Origin: Squalus acanthias
Taxonomy: Eukaryota
NCBI GenBank assembly: GCA_030390025.1
Contig: CM059432.1
Location: forward strand, 114,578,001-114,642,000
Direction of reading: 5' to 3'
DNA length: 64,000 nucleotides
Shown here: positions 1 to 13,143 of the stretch, one piece after another
Position numbering within the stretch: position 1 is the first letter of the stretch
Layout: each line of letters starts with the position of its first letter
Translations under genes and position numbers: made by a program
Notes under the pieces: generated by a model
What the model was told of the DNA's origin: nothing
Database searches by the model: none
What the model saw: only the letters and a program-made list of their open reading frames with translations

Positions 1-3000
1 ATGTGCTAGTAATATTGTAAATGTGGCGGGAGGATTTCCTCTGGTTACTATTTTCTAGTAATATTGTAAACATGGCAGCAGGATTTCCTCTGGTTACTAT
101 GTGCTAGTAATATTGTAAACATGACGGGAGGGTTTCCTCTGGTTACTATGTGCTAGTAATATTGTAAACATCGTGGGAGGATTTCCTCTGTTTACTATGT
201 GCTAGTAATATTGTAAACATGGCGGGAGGATTTCCTCTGGTTACTATTTTCTAGTAATATTGCAAACATGGCGGGAGGATTTCCTCTGGTTACTATGTGC
301 TAGTAATATTGTTAACATGACGGGAGGGTTTCCTCTGGTTACTATGTGCTAGTAATATTGTAAACATCGTGGGAGGATTTCCTCTGTGCTAGTAATATTG
401 TAAACATGGCGGGAGGATTTCCTCTGGTTACTATTTTCTAGTAATATTGTAAACATGGCGGGATGATTTCCTCTGGTTACTATTTTCTAGTAATATTGTA
501 AACATGGCGGGAGGATTTCCTCTGGTTACTATTTTCTAGTAATATTGTAAACATGGCGGCAGGATTTCCTCTGTTTACTATTTTACAGTAATATTGTAAA
601 CATGGCAGCAGGATTTCCTCTGGTTACTATTTTCTAGTAATATTGTAAACATGACGGGAGGATTACCTCCGGTTACTATGTGCTCGTAATATTGTAAACA
701 TGGCGGCAGGATTTCCTCTGGTTACTATTTTCTAGTAATATTGCAAACATGGCGGGAGGGTTTCCTCTGGTTACTCTTTTCTAGTAATATTGTAATCATG
801 GTGGCAGGATTTCCTCTGGTTACTATTTTCTAGTAATATTGTAAACATGGTGGCAGGACTTCCTCTGGTTACTATTTTCTAGTAATATTGTAAACATGGC
901 AGCAGGATTTCCTCTGGTTACTATTTTCTAGTAATATTGCAAACATGGCGGGAGGGTTTCCTCTGGTTACTATTTTCTAGTAATATTGTAAACATGGTGG
1001 CAGGATTTCCTCTGGTTACTATTTTCTAGTAATATTGTAAACATGGCGGGAGGATTTCCTCTGGATACTATGTGCGAGTAATATTGTAAACATGGCAGCA
1101 GGATTTCCTCTGGTTACTATGTGCTAGTAATATTGTAAATGTGGCGGGCGGATTTCCTCTGGTTACTATGTGCTAGTAATATTGTAATCATTGCGGGAGG
1201 GTTTCCTCTGGTACTATTTTCTAGTAATATTGTAAACATGGCGGGAGGATTTCCTCTGGTTACTATTTTCTAGTAATATTGTAAACATGGCGGGAGGATT
1301 TCCTCTGGTTACTATTTTCTAGTAATATCATAAACATGGTGGGAGGATTTCCTCTGGTTACTATGTGCTAGTAATATTGTAAACATGGCGGGAGGATTTC
1401 CTCTGGTTACTATTTTCTAGTAATATTGTAAACATGGCGGGAGGATTTCCTCTGGTTACTATTTTCTAGTAATATTGTAAACATGGCGGGAGGATTTCCT
1501 CTGGTTACTATTTTCTAGTAATATCATAAACATGACGGGAGGATTTCCTCTGGTTACTATTTTCTAGTAATATGGTAAACATGGCAGCAGGATTTCCTCT
1601 GGTTACTATTTTCTAGTAATATTGAAAACATGGCGGGAGGATTTCCTCTGGTTACTATGTGCTAGTAATATTGTAAACATGGCGGGAGGATTTCCTCTGG
1701 TTACTATTTTCTAGTAATATTGTAAACATGGCAGCAGGATTTCCTCTGGTTACTATTTTCTAGTAATATTGTAAACATGGCGGCAGGATTTCCTCTGTTT
1801 ACTATTTTACAGTAATATTGTAAACATGGCAGCAGGATTTCCTCTGGTTACTATTTTCTAGTAATATTGTAAACATGACGGGAGGATTACCTCCGGTTAC
1901 TATGTGCTCGTAATATTGTAAACATGGCGGCAGGATTTCCTCTGGTTACTATTTTCTAGTAATATTGCAAACATGGCGGGAGGGTTTCCTCTGGTTACTC
2001 TTTTCTAGTAATATTGTAATCATGGTGGCAGGATTTCCTCTGGTTACTATTTTCTAGTAATATTGTAAACATGGTGGCAGGACTTCCTCTGGTTACTATT
2101 TTCTAGTAATATTGTAAACATGGCAGCAGGATTTCCTCTGGTTACTATTTTCTAGTAATATTGCAAACATGGCGGGAGGGTTTCCTCTGGTTACTATTTT
2201 CTAGTAATATTGTAAACATGGTGGCAGGATTTCCTCTGGTTACTATTTTCTAGTAATATTGTAAACATGGCGGGAGGATTTCCTCTGGATACTATGTGCG
2301 AGTAATATTGTAAACATGGCAGCAGGATTTCCTCTGGTTACTATGTGCTAGTAATATTGTAAATGTGGCGGGCGGATTTCCTCTGGTTACTATGTGCTAG
2401 TAATATTGTAATCATTGCGGGAGGGTTTCCTCTGGTACTATTTTCTAGTAATATTGTAAACATGGCGGGAGGATTTCCTCTGGTTACTATTTTCTAGTAA
2501 TATTGTAAACATGGCGGGAGGATTTCCTCTGGTTACTATTTTCTAGTAATATCATAAACATGGTGGGAGGATTTCCTCTGGTTACTATGTGCTAGTAATA
2601 TTGTAAACATGGCGGGAGGATTTCCTCTGGTTACTATTTTCTAGTAATATTGTAAACATGGCGGGAGGATTTCCTCTGGTTACTATTTTCTAGTAATATT
2701 GTAAACATGGCGGGAGGATTTCCTCTGGTTACTATTTTCTAGTAATATCATAAACATGACGGGAGGATTTCCTCTGGTTACTATTTTCTAGTAATATGGT
2801 AAACATGGCAGCAGGATTTCCTCTGGTTACTATTTTCTAGTAATATTGAAAACATGGCGGGAGGATTTCCTCTGGTTACTATGTGCTAGTAATATTGTAA
2901 ACATGGCGGGAGGATTTCCTCTGGTTACTATTTTCTAGTAATATTGTAAACATGGCAGCAGGATTTCCTCTGGTTACTATGTGCTAGTAATATTGTAAAC

Positions 3001-6000
3001 ATGGCGGGATGATTTCCTCTGGTTACTATTTTCTAGTAATATTGTAAACATGGCGGGAGGATTTCCTCTGGTTACTATTTTCTAGTAATATTGTAAACAT
3101 GGCAGCAGGATTTCCTCTGGTTACTATTTTCTAGTAATATTGTAAACATGACGGGAGGATTACCTCCGGTTACTATGTGCTCGTAATATTGTAAACATGG
3201 CGGCAGGATTTCCTTTGGTTACTATTTTCTAGTAATATTGTAAACATGGCGGGAGGATTTCTTCTGGTTACTATTTTCTAGTAATATTGTAAACATGGCG
3301 GCAGGATTTCCTCTGGTTACTATTTTCTAGTAATATTGTAAACATGGTGGGAGGATTTCCTCTGGTTACTATTTTCTAGTAATATTGTAAACATGGCGGG
3401 AGGATTTCCTCTGGTTACTATTTTCCAGTAATATTGTAAACATGGCAGCAGGATTTCCTCTGGTTACTATTTTCTAGTAATATTGTAAACATGACGGGAG
3501 GATTTCCTCTGGTTACTGTGTGCGAGTAATATTGTAAACATGGCGGGAGGATTTCCTTTGGTTACTATTTTCTAGTAATATTGTAAACATGGCGGGAGGA
3601 TTTCCTCTGGTTACTATTTTCTAGTAATATTGCAAACATGGCGGGAGGGTTTCCTCTGGTTACTTTTTTCTAGTAATATTGTAAACATGGTGGCAGGACT
3701 TCCTCTGGTTACTATTTTCTCGTAATATTGTAAACATGGCAGCAGGATTTCCTCTGGTTACTATTTTCTAGTAATATTGCAAACATGGCGGGAGGGTTTC
3801 CTCTGGTTACTATTTTCTAGTAATATTGTAAACATAACGGGAGGATTTCCTTTGGTTACTATTTTCTAGTAATATTGTAAACATGGCGGGAGGATTTCCT
3901 CTGGTTACTATGTGCGAGTAATATTGTAAACATGGCGGGAGGATTTCCTCTGGTTACTGTGTGCGAGTAATATTGTAAACATGGCGGGAGGATTTCCTTT
4001 GGTTACTATTTTCTAGTAATATTGTAAACATGGCGGGAGGATTTCCTCTGGTTACTATGTGCGAGTAATATTGTAAACATGGCGGGAGGATTTCCTCTGG
4101 TTACTATTTTCTAGTAATATTGTAAACATGGCGGGAGGATTACCTCTGGTTACTATGTGCTAGTAATATTGTAAACATGGCGGGAGGATTTCCTCTGGTT
4201 ACTATTTTCTAGTAATATTGTAAACATGGCGGGAGGATTTCCTCTGGATACTATGTGCGAGTAATATTGTAAACATGGCAGCAGGATTTCCTCTGGTTAC
4301 GATGTGCTAGTAATATTGTAAATGTGGCGGGAGGATTTCCTCTGGTTACTATTTTCTAGTAATATCATAAACATGGTGGGAGGATTTCCTCTGGTTACTA
4401 TGTGCTACTAATATTGTAAACATGGCGGGAGGATTTCCTCTGGTTACTATTTTCTAGTAATATCATAAACATGGTGGGAGGATTTCCTCTGGTTACTATT
4501 TTCTTGTAATATCATAAACATGGTGGGAGGATTTCCTCTGGTTACTATTTTCTAGTAATATCATAAACATGACAGGAGGATTTCCTCTGGTACTATTTTC
4601 TAGTAATATTGTAAACATGGCGGGAGGATTTCCTCTGGTTACTATTTTCTAGTAATATTGTAAACATGGCGGGAGGATTTCCTCTGGTTACTATTTTCTA
4701 GAAATATCATAAACATGACGGTAGGATTTCCTCTGGTTACTATTTTCTAGTAATATCATAAACATGACAGGAGGATTTCCTCTGGTTACTATTTTCTAGT
4801 AATATTGTAAACATGACGGGAGGATTTCCTCTGGTTACTATGTGCTAGTAATATTGTAAACATGGTGGGAGGATTTCCTCTGGTTACTATTTTCTAGTAA
4901 TATTGTAAACATGGCGGGAGGATTTCCTCTGGTTACTATTTTCTAGTAATATCATAAACATGGCAGCAGGATTTCCTCTGGTTACTATTTTCTAGTAATA
5001 TTGTAAACATGGCAGCAGGATTTCCTCTGTTTACTATTTTCTAGTAATATTGTAAACATGGCGGGAGGATTACCTCTGGTTACTATTTTCTAGTAATATT
5101 GTAAACATGGCGGGAGGATTTCCTCTGGTTTCTATTTTCTAGTAATATCATAAACATGGCAGCAGGATTTCCTCTGTTTACTATTTTCTAGTAATATTGT
5201 AAACATGGCGGCAGGATTTCCTCTGGTTACTATGTGCTAGTAATATTGTAAACATGGCGGGAGGATTTCCTCTGGTTACTATGTGCTAGTAATATTGTAA
5301 ACATGGCGGGAGGGTTTCCTCTGGTTACTATTTTCTAGTAATATTGTAAACATGGCGGCAGGATTTCCTCTGGTTACTATGTGCGAGTAATATTGTAAAC
5401 ATGGCGGGAGGATTTCCTCTGGTTACTATGTGCTAGTAATATTGTAAACATGGCGGGAGGGTTTCCTCTGGTTACTATGTGCGAGTAATATTGTAAACAT
5501 GGCGGGAGGATTTCCTCTGGTTACTATGTGCGAGTAATATTGTAAACATGGCGGGAGGATTTCCTCTGGTTACTATGTGCTAGTAATATTGTAAACATGG
5601 CGGGAGGGTTTCCTCTGGTTACTATGTGCTAGTGATATTGTAAACATGACGGGAGGATTCCCTCTGGTTACTATTTTCTAGTAATATTGTAAACATGGCG
5701 GGAGGATTTCCTCTGGTTACTATTTTCTAGTAATATCATAAACAGGGCAGCAGGATTTCCTCTGGTTACTATTTTCTAATAATATTGTAAACATGGCAGC
5801 AGGATTTCCTCTGTTTACTATTTTCTAGTAATATTGTAAACATGGCGGGAGGATTTCCTCTGGTTACTATTTTCTAGTAATATCATAAACATGGCAGCAG
5901 GATTTCCTCTGTTTACTATTTTCTAGTAATATTGTAAACATGGCGGCAGGATTTCCTCTGGTTACTATTTTCTAGTAATATTGAAAACATGGCGGGAGGA

Positions 6001-9000
6001 TTTCCTCTGGTTACTATTTTCTAGTAATATTGTAAACATGGCGGGAGGATTTCCTCTGGTTACTATTTTCTAGTAATATCATAAACATGGCGGCAGGATT
6101 TCCTCTGGTTACTATGTGCTAGTAATATTGTAAACATGGCGGGAGGATTTCCTCTGGTTACTATGTGCTAGTAATATTGTAAACATGGCGGGAGGATTTC
6201 CTCTGGTTACTATGTGCTAGTAATATTGTAAACATGACGGGAGGATTTCCTCTGGTTACTATTTTCTAGTAATATTGTAAACATGACGGGAGGATTTCCT
6301 CTGGTTACTATGTGCTAGTAATATTGTAAACATGACGGGAGGGTTTCCTCTGGTTACTATGTGCTAGTAATATTGTAAACATGGCGGGAGGATTTCCTCT
6401 GGTTGCTATGTGCTAGTAATATTGTAAACATGGCGGGAGCATTTCCTCTGGTTACTATGTGCTAGTAATATTGTAAATCTGACGGGAGGGTTTCCTCTGG
6501 TTACTATGTGCTAGTAATATTGTAAACATGGCGGGAGGATTTCCTCTGGTTACTATTTTCTAGTAATGTTGTAAACATGAAGGGAGGGTTTCCTCTGGTT
6601 ACTATGTGCGAGTAATATTGTAAACATGGCGGAAGGGTTTCCTCTGTTTACTATTTTCTAGTAATATTGTAAACATGGCGGGAGGATTTCCTCTGGTTAC
6701 TATTTTCTAGTAATATTGTAAACATGGCGGCAGGATTTCCTCTGGTTACTATGTGCTCGTAATATTGTAAACATGGCGGGAGGATTTCCTCTGGTTACTA
6801 TGTGCTTGTAATATTGTAAACATTGTGGAAGGGTTTGCTCTGGTTACTATGTGCTAGTAATATTGTAAACATGGCGGCAGAATTTCCTCTGGTTACTATG
6901 TGCTAGTAATATTGTAAACATGGTGGGAGGATTTCCTCTGGTTACTATTTTCTAGTAATATTGTAAACATGGCGGGAGGATCTCCTCTGGTTACTATTTT
7001 CTAGTAATATTGTAAACATGGCGGGAGGATTTCCTCTGATACTATTGTCTAGTAATATTGTAAACATGGCGGGAGGATTTCCTCTGGTTACTATTTTCTA
7101 GTAATATTGTAAACATGGCGGGAGGATTTCCTCTGGTTACTATTTTCTAGTAATATTGTAAACATGGCGGGAGGATTTCCTCTGGTTACTATGTGCTAGT
7201 AATATTGTAAACATGACGGGAGGATTTCCTCTGGTTACTATTTTCTAGTAATATCATAAACATGGCAGCAGGATTTCCTCTGTTTACTATTTTCTAGTAA
7301 TATTGTAAACATGGCGGGAGGATTTCCTCTGGTTACTATTTTCTAGTAATCTCATAAACATGGCAGCAGGATTTCCTCTGTTTACTATTTTCTAGTAATA
7401 TTGTAAACATGGCGGCAGGATTTCCTCTGGTTACTATGTGCTAGTAATATTGTAAACATGGCGGGAGGGTTTCCTCTGGTTACTGTGTGCTAGTGATATT
7501 GTAAACATGACGGGAGGATTTCCTCTGGTTACTATTTTCTAGTAATATCATAAACATGGCAGCAGGATTTCCTCTGGTTACGATTTTCTATTAATATTGT
7601 AAACATGGCGGGAGGATTTCCTCTGTTTACTATTTTCTAGTAATATTGTAAACATGGCGGGAGGATTTCCTCTGGTTACTATTTTCTAGTAATATCATAA
7701 ACATGGCAGCAGGATTTCCTCTGTTTACTATTTTCTAGTAATATTGTAAACATGGCGGCAGGATTTCCTCTGGTTACTATTTTCTAGTAATGTTGAAAAC
7801 ATGGCGGGAGGATTTCCTCTGGTTACTATTTTCTAGTAATATTGTAAACATGGCGGGAGGATTTCCTCTGGTTACTATTTTCTAGTAATATCATAAACAT
7901 GGCAGCAGGATTTCCTCTGTTTACTATTTTCTAGTAATATTGTAAACATGGCGGCAGGATTTCCTCTGGTTACTATGTGCTAGTAATATTGTAAACATGG
8001 CGGGAGGATTTCCTCTGGTTACTATGTGCTAGTAATATTGTAAACATGGCGGGAGCATTTCCTCTGGTTACTATGTGCTAGTAATATTGTAAACATGACG
8101 GGAGGGTTTCCTCTGGTTACTATGTGCTAGTAATATTGTAAACATGGCGGGAGGATTTCCTCTGGTTACTATTTTCTAGTAATGTTGTAAACATGACGGG
8201 AGGGTTTCCTCTGGTTACTATGTGCTAGTAATATTGTAAACATGGCGGGAGGGTTTCCTCTGGTTACTATTTTCTAGTAATATTGTAAACATGGCGGGAG
8301 GATTTCCTCTGGTTACTATTTTCTAGTCATATTGTAAATATGACGGGAGGGTTTCCTCTGGTTACTATGTGCTAGTAATATTGTAAACATGGCGGAAGGG
8401 TTTGCTCTGGTTACTATGTGCTAGTAATATTGTAAACATGGCGGGAGGATTTCCTCTGGTACTATTTTCTAGTAATATTGTAAATACGGCAGGAGTATTT
8501 CCTCTGGTTACTATTTTCTAGTAATATTGTCAAGATGGCGGGAGGATTTCCTCTGGTTACTATTTTCTAGTAATATTGTAAACATGGCGGGAGGATTTCC
8601 TCTGGTTACTATTTTCTAGTAATATTGTAAACATGGCGGGAGGATTTCCTCTGGTTACTATTTACTAGTAATATTGTAAACATGGCGGGAGGATTTCCTC
8701 TGGTTACTATGTGCTAGTAATATTGTAAACATGGTGGGAGGATTTCCTCTAGTTACTATTTTCTAGTAATATTGTAAACATGACGGCAGGATTTCCTCTG
8801 GTTACTATTTTCTAGTAATATTGTAAACATGGCAGGAGATTTCCTCTGGTTACTATGTGCGAGTAATATTGCAAACATGGCGGGAGGATTTCCTCTGGTT
8901 ACTATTTTCTAGTAATATTGTAAACATGGCGGGAGGATTTCCTCTGGTTACTATTTTCTAGTAATATTGTAAACATGGCGGGAGGAATTCCTCTGGTTAC

Positions 9001-12000
9001 TATTTTCTAGTAATATTGTAAACATGGCGGGAGGATTTCCTCTGGTTACTATGTGCGAGTAATATTGTAAACATGGCGGGAGGATTTCCTCTGGTTACTA
9101 TGTGCTAGTAATATTGTAAACATGGCGGGAGGATTTCCTCTGGTTACTATTTTCTAGTAATATTGTAAACATGGCAGGAGGATTTCCTCTGGATACTATG
9201 TGCTAGTAATATTGTAAACATGGCGGGAGGATTTCCTCTGGTTACTATTTTCTAGTAATATTGTAAACATGGCGGGAGGATTTCCTCTGGTTACTATTTT
9301 CTAGTAATATTGTAAACATGGCGGGAGGGTTTCCCTGGTTACTAAGTGCTAGTAATATTGTAAACATGGCGGGAGGGTTTCCTCTGTTTACTATGTGCTA
9401 GTAATATTGTAATCATGGCGGGAGGATTTCCTCTGGTTACTATTTTCTAGTAATATTGTAAACATGGCGGGAGGATTTCCTCTGGTTACTATGTGCGATT
9501 AATATTGTAAACATGGCGGGAGGATTTCCTCTGGTTACTATGTGCTAGTAATATTGTAAACATGGCGGGAGGATTTCCTCTGGTTACTATTTTCTAGTAA
9601 TATTGTAAACATGGCAGGAGGATTTCCTCTGGATACTATGTGCTAGTAATATTGTAAACATGGCGGGAGGATTTCCTCTGGTTACTATTTTCTAGTAATA
9701 TTGTAAACATGGCGGGAGGATTTCCTCTGGTTACTATTTTCTAGTAATATTGTAAACATGGCGGGAGGGTTTCCCCTGGTTACTAAGTGCTAGTAATATT
9801 GTAAACATGGCGGGAGGGTTTCCTCTGTTTACTATGTGCTAGTAATATTGTAATCATGGCGGGAGGATTTCCTCTGGTTACTATTTTCTAGTAATATTGT
9901 AAACATGGCAGCAGGATTTCCTCTGGTTACTATGTGCTCGTAATATTGTAAATGTGGCGGGAGGATTTCCTCTGGTTACTATGTGCTAGTAATATTGTAA
10001 ACACGGCGGCAGGATTTCCTCTGGTTACTATGTGCTAGTAATATTGTAAACATGGCGGGAGGGTTTCCTCTGGTACTATTTTCTAGTAATACTGTAAACA
10101 TGGCGGGAGGATTTCCTCTGGTTACTATTTTCTTGTAATATTGTAAAGATGACGGGAGGATTTCCTCTGGTTACTATTTTCTAGTAATATAAACATGACG
10201 GGAGGATTTCCTCTGGTTACTATTTTCTAGTAATATCATAAACATGACAGGAGGATTTCCTCTGGTTACGATTTTCTAGTAATATTGTAAACATGACGGG
10301 AGGATTTCCTCTGGTTACTATGTGCTAGTAATATTGTAAACATGGTGGGAGGATTTCCTCTGGTTACTATGTGCTAGTAATATTGTAAACATGGCAGCAG
10401 GATTTCCTCTGGTTACTATTTTCTAGTAATATTGTAAACATGGCGGGAGGATTTCCTCTGGTTACTATTTTCTAGTCATATTGTAAACATGACGGGAGGA
10501 TTTCCTCTGGTTACTATGTGCGAGTAATATTGTAAACATGACGGGAGGATTTCCTCTGGTTACTATGTGCGAGTAATATTGTAAACATGGTGGCAGGATT
10601 TCCTCTGGTTCCTATTTTCTAGTAATATTGTAAACATGGTGGGAGGATTTCCTCTGGTTACTATTTTCTAGTAATATCATAAACATGGCAGCAGGATTTC
10701 CTCTGGTTACTATTTTCAAGTAATATTGTAAACATGGCGGGAGGATTTCCTCTGGTTACTATTTTCTAGTAATATCATAAACATGGCAGCAGGATTTCCT
10801 CTGGTTACTATTTTCTAGTAATATTGTAAACATGGCAGCAGGATTTCCTCTGTTTACTATTTTCTAGTAATATTGTAAACATGGCGGGAGGATTTCCTCT
10901 GGTTACTATTTTCTAGTAATATCATAAACATGGCAGCAGGATTTCCTCTGTTTACTATTTTCTAGTAATATTGTAAACATGACGGGAGGATTTCCTCTGT
11001 TTACTATTTTCTAGTAATATTGTAAACATGACGGGAGGATTTCCTTTGGTTACTATTTTCTAGTAATATTGTAAACATAGCGGGAGGATTTCCTCTGGTT
11101 ACTATTTTCTAGTAATATTGTAAACATGGCGGGAGGATTTCCTCTGGTTACTATTTTCTAGTAATATTGTAAACATGGTGGCAGGATTTCCTCTGGTTAC
11201 TATGTGCGAGTAATATTGTAATCATGGTGGGAGGATTTCCTCTGGTTACTATGTGCTAGTAATATTGTAAACATGGCGGGAGGATTTCCTCTGGTTACTA
11301 TTTTCTAGTAATATTGTAAACATGGCGGGAGGATTTCCTCTGGAAACTATGTGCGAGTAATATTGTAAACATGGCAGCAGGATTTCCTCTGGTTGCTATG
11401 TGCTAGTAATATTGTAAATGTGGCGGGAGGATTTCCTCTGGTTACTATGTGCTAGTAATATTGTAAACATGGCGGGAGGGTTTCCTCTGGTACTATTTTC
11501 CAGTAATATTGTAAACATGGCGGGAGGATTTCCTCTGGTTACTATGTGCTAGTAATATTATAAACATGGCGGGAGGATTTCCTCTGGTTACTATTTTCTA
11601 GTAATATCATAAACATGGTGGGAGGATTTCCTCTGGTTACTATGTGCTAGTAATATTGTAAACATGGCGGGAGGATTTCCTCTGGTTACTATTTTCTAGT
11701 AATATTGTAAACATGGCGGGAGGATTTCCTCTGGTTACTATTTTCTAGTAATATCATAAACATGACGAGAGGATTTCCTCTGGTTACTATTTTCTAATAA
11801 TATTGTAAACATGGCAGCAGGATTTCCTCTGGTTACTATTTTCTAGTAATATTGAAAACATGGCGGGAGGATTTCCTCTGGTTACTATTTTCTAGTAATA
11901 TTGTAAACACGGCGGCAGGATTTCCTCTGGTTACTATTTTCTGGTAATATTGTAAACATGACGGGAGGATTTCCTCTGGTTACTATGTGCTAGTAATATT

Positions 12001-13020
12001 GTAAACATGGCGGGAGGATTTCCTCTGGTTACTATTTTCTGGTAATATTGTAAACATAACGGGAGGATTTCCTCTGTTTACTATTTTCTAGTAATATTGT
12101 AAACATGGTGGGTGGATTTCCTCTGGTTACTATGTGCTAGTAATATTGTAAACATGACGGGAGGATTTCCTCTAGTTACTATTTTCTAGTAATATTTTAA
12201 ACACGGCAGGAGGATTTCCTCTGGTTACTATTTTCTAGTAATATTGTAAACACGGCGGCAGGATTTCCTCTGGTTACTATTTTCTGGTAATATTGTAAAC
12301 ATGACGGGAGGATTTCCTCTGGTTACTATGTGCTAGTAATATTGTAAACATGGCGGGAGGATTTCCTCTGGTTACTATGTGCTAGTAATATTGTAAACAT
12401 GGCGGGAGGATTTCCTCTGGTTACTATTTTCTGGTAATATTGTAAACATGACGGGAGGATTTCCTCTGTTTACTATTTTCTAGTAATATTGAAAACATGG
12501 CGGGAGGATTTCCTCTGGTTACTATGTGCTAGTAATATTGTAAACACGGCGGGAGGATTTCCTCTGGTACTATTTTCTAGTAATATTTTAAACACGGCAG
12601 GAGGATTTCCTCTGGTTACTATTTTCTAGTAATATTGTCAACATGGCGGGAGGATTTCCTCTGGTTACTATTTTCTAGTAATATTGTAAACATGGCGGGA
12701 GGATTTCCTCTGGTTACTATTTTCTAGTAATATTGTAAACATGGCGGGAGGATTTCCTCTGGTTACTATTTTCTAGTAATATTGTAAACATGGTGGGAGG
12801 ATTTCCTCTAGTTACTATTTTCTAGTAATATTGTAAACATGGCGGGAGGATTTCCTCTGGTTACTATGTGCTATTTATATTATAAACATGACGGGAGGAT
12901 TTCCTCTGGTTACTATGTGCTATTAATATTATAAACATGGCGGGAGGATTTCCTCTGGTTACTATGTGCTATTAATATTGTCAACACGGCGGGAGGGTAT
13001 CCTCTGATTGTTATTTCCAG
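1..13020. repeat. 49-bp tandem satellite/macro-minisatellite, ~265 units, truncated by the window start
   Basis: Consensus AAACATGGCGGGAGGATTTCCTCTGGTTACTAT(TTTC/GTGC)TAGTAATATTGT. Period is 49 (CTAGT at 6 and 55). The array degenerates at ~12980-13020, and the ORF track has no entries here. Confidence 0.98.
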
Positions 13021-13143
13021 TAAAATCACAAACTCATTCTTTGGTATGCACTAGGATTTCACTAGAAATGTCGATGAGAGGGAGTCTCACTGAATGCATT
13101 TACAATTTCACTACATGTAATGACCAGAGGAATTCTTTCCCCC
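12990..13143. mobile_element. Short palindromic MITE remnant at the satellite boundary; its right TIR is an inverted satellite unit
   Basis: The reverse complement of 13099-13143 is GGGGGAAAGAATTCCTCTGGTCATTACATGTAGTGAAATTGTAAA, which aligns to the satellite unit GGGAGGATTTCCTCTGGTTACTATTTTCTAGTAATATTGTAAA. Confidence 0.7.

Noticed and set aside
1..13020. CRISPR-like array or repetitive coding sequence
   Set aside because: The units are contiguous with no unique spacers, there are no cas genes, the context is eukaryotic, and the repeat has no long ORF.
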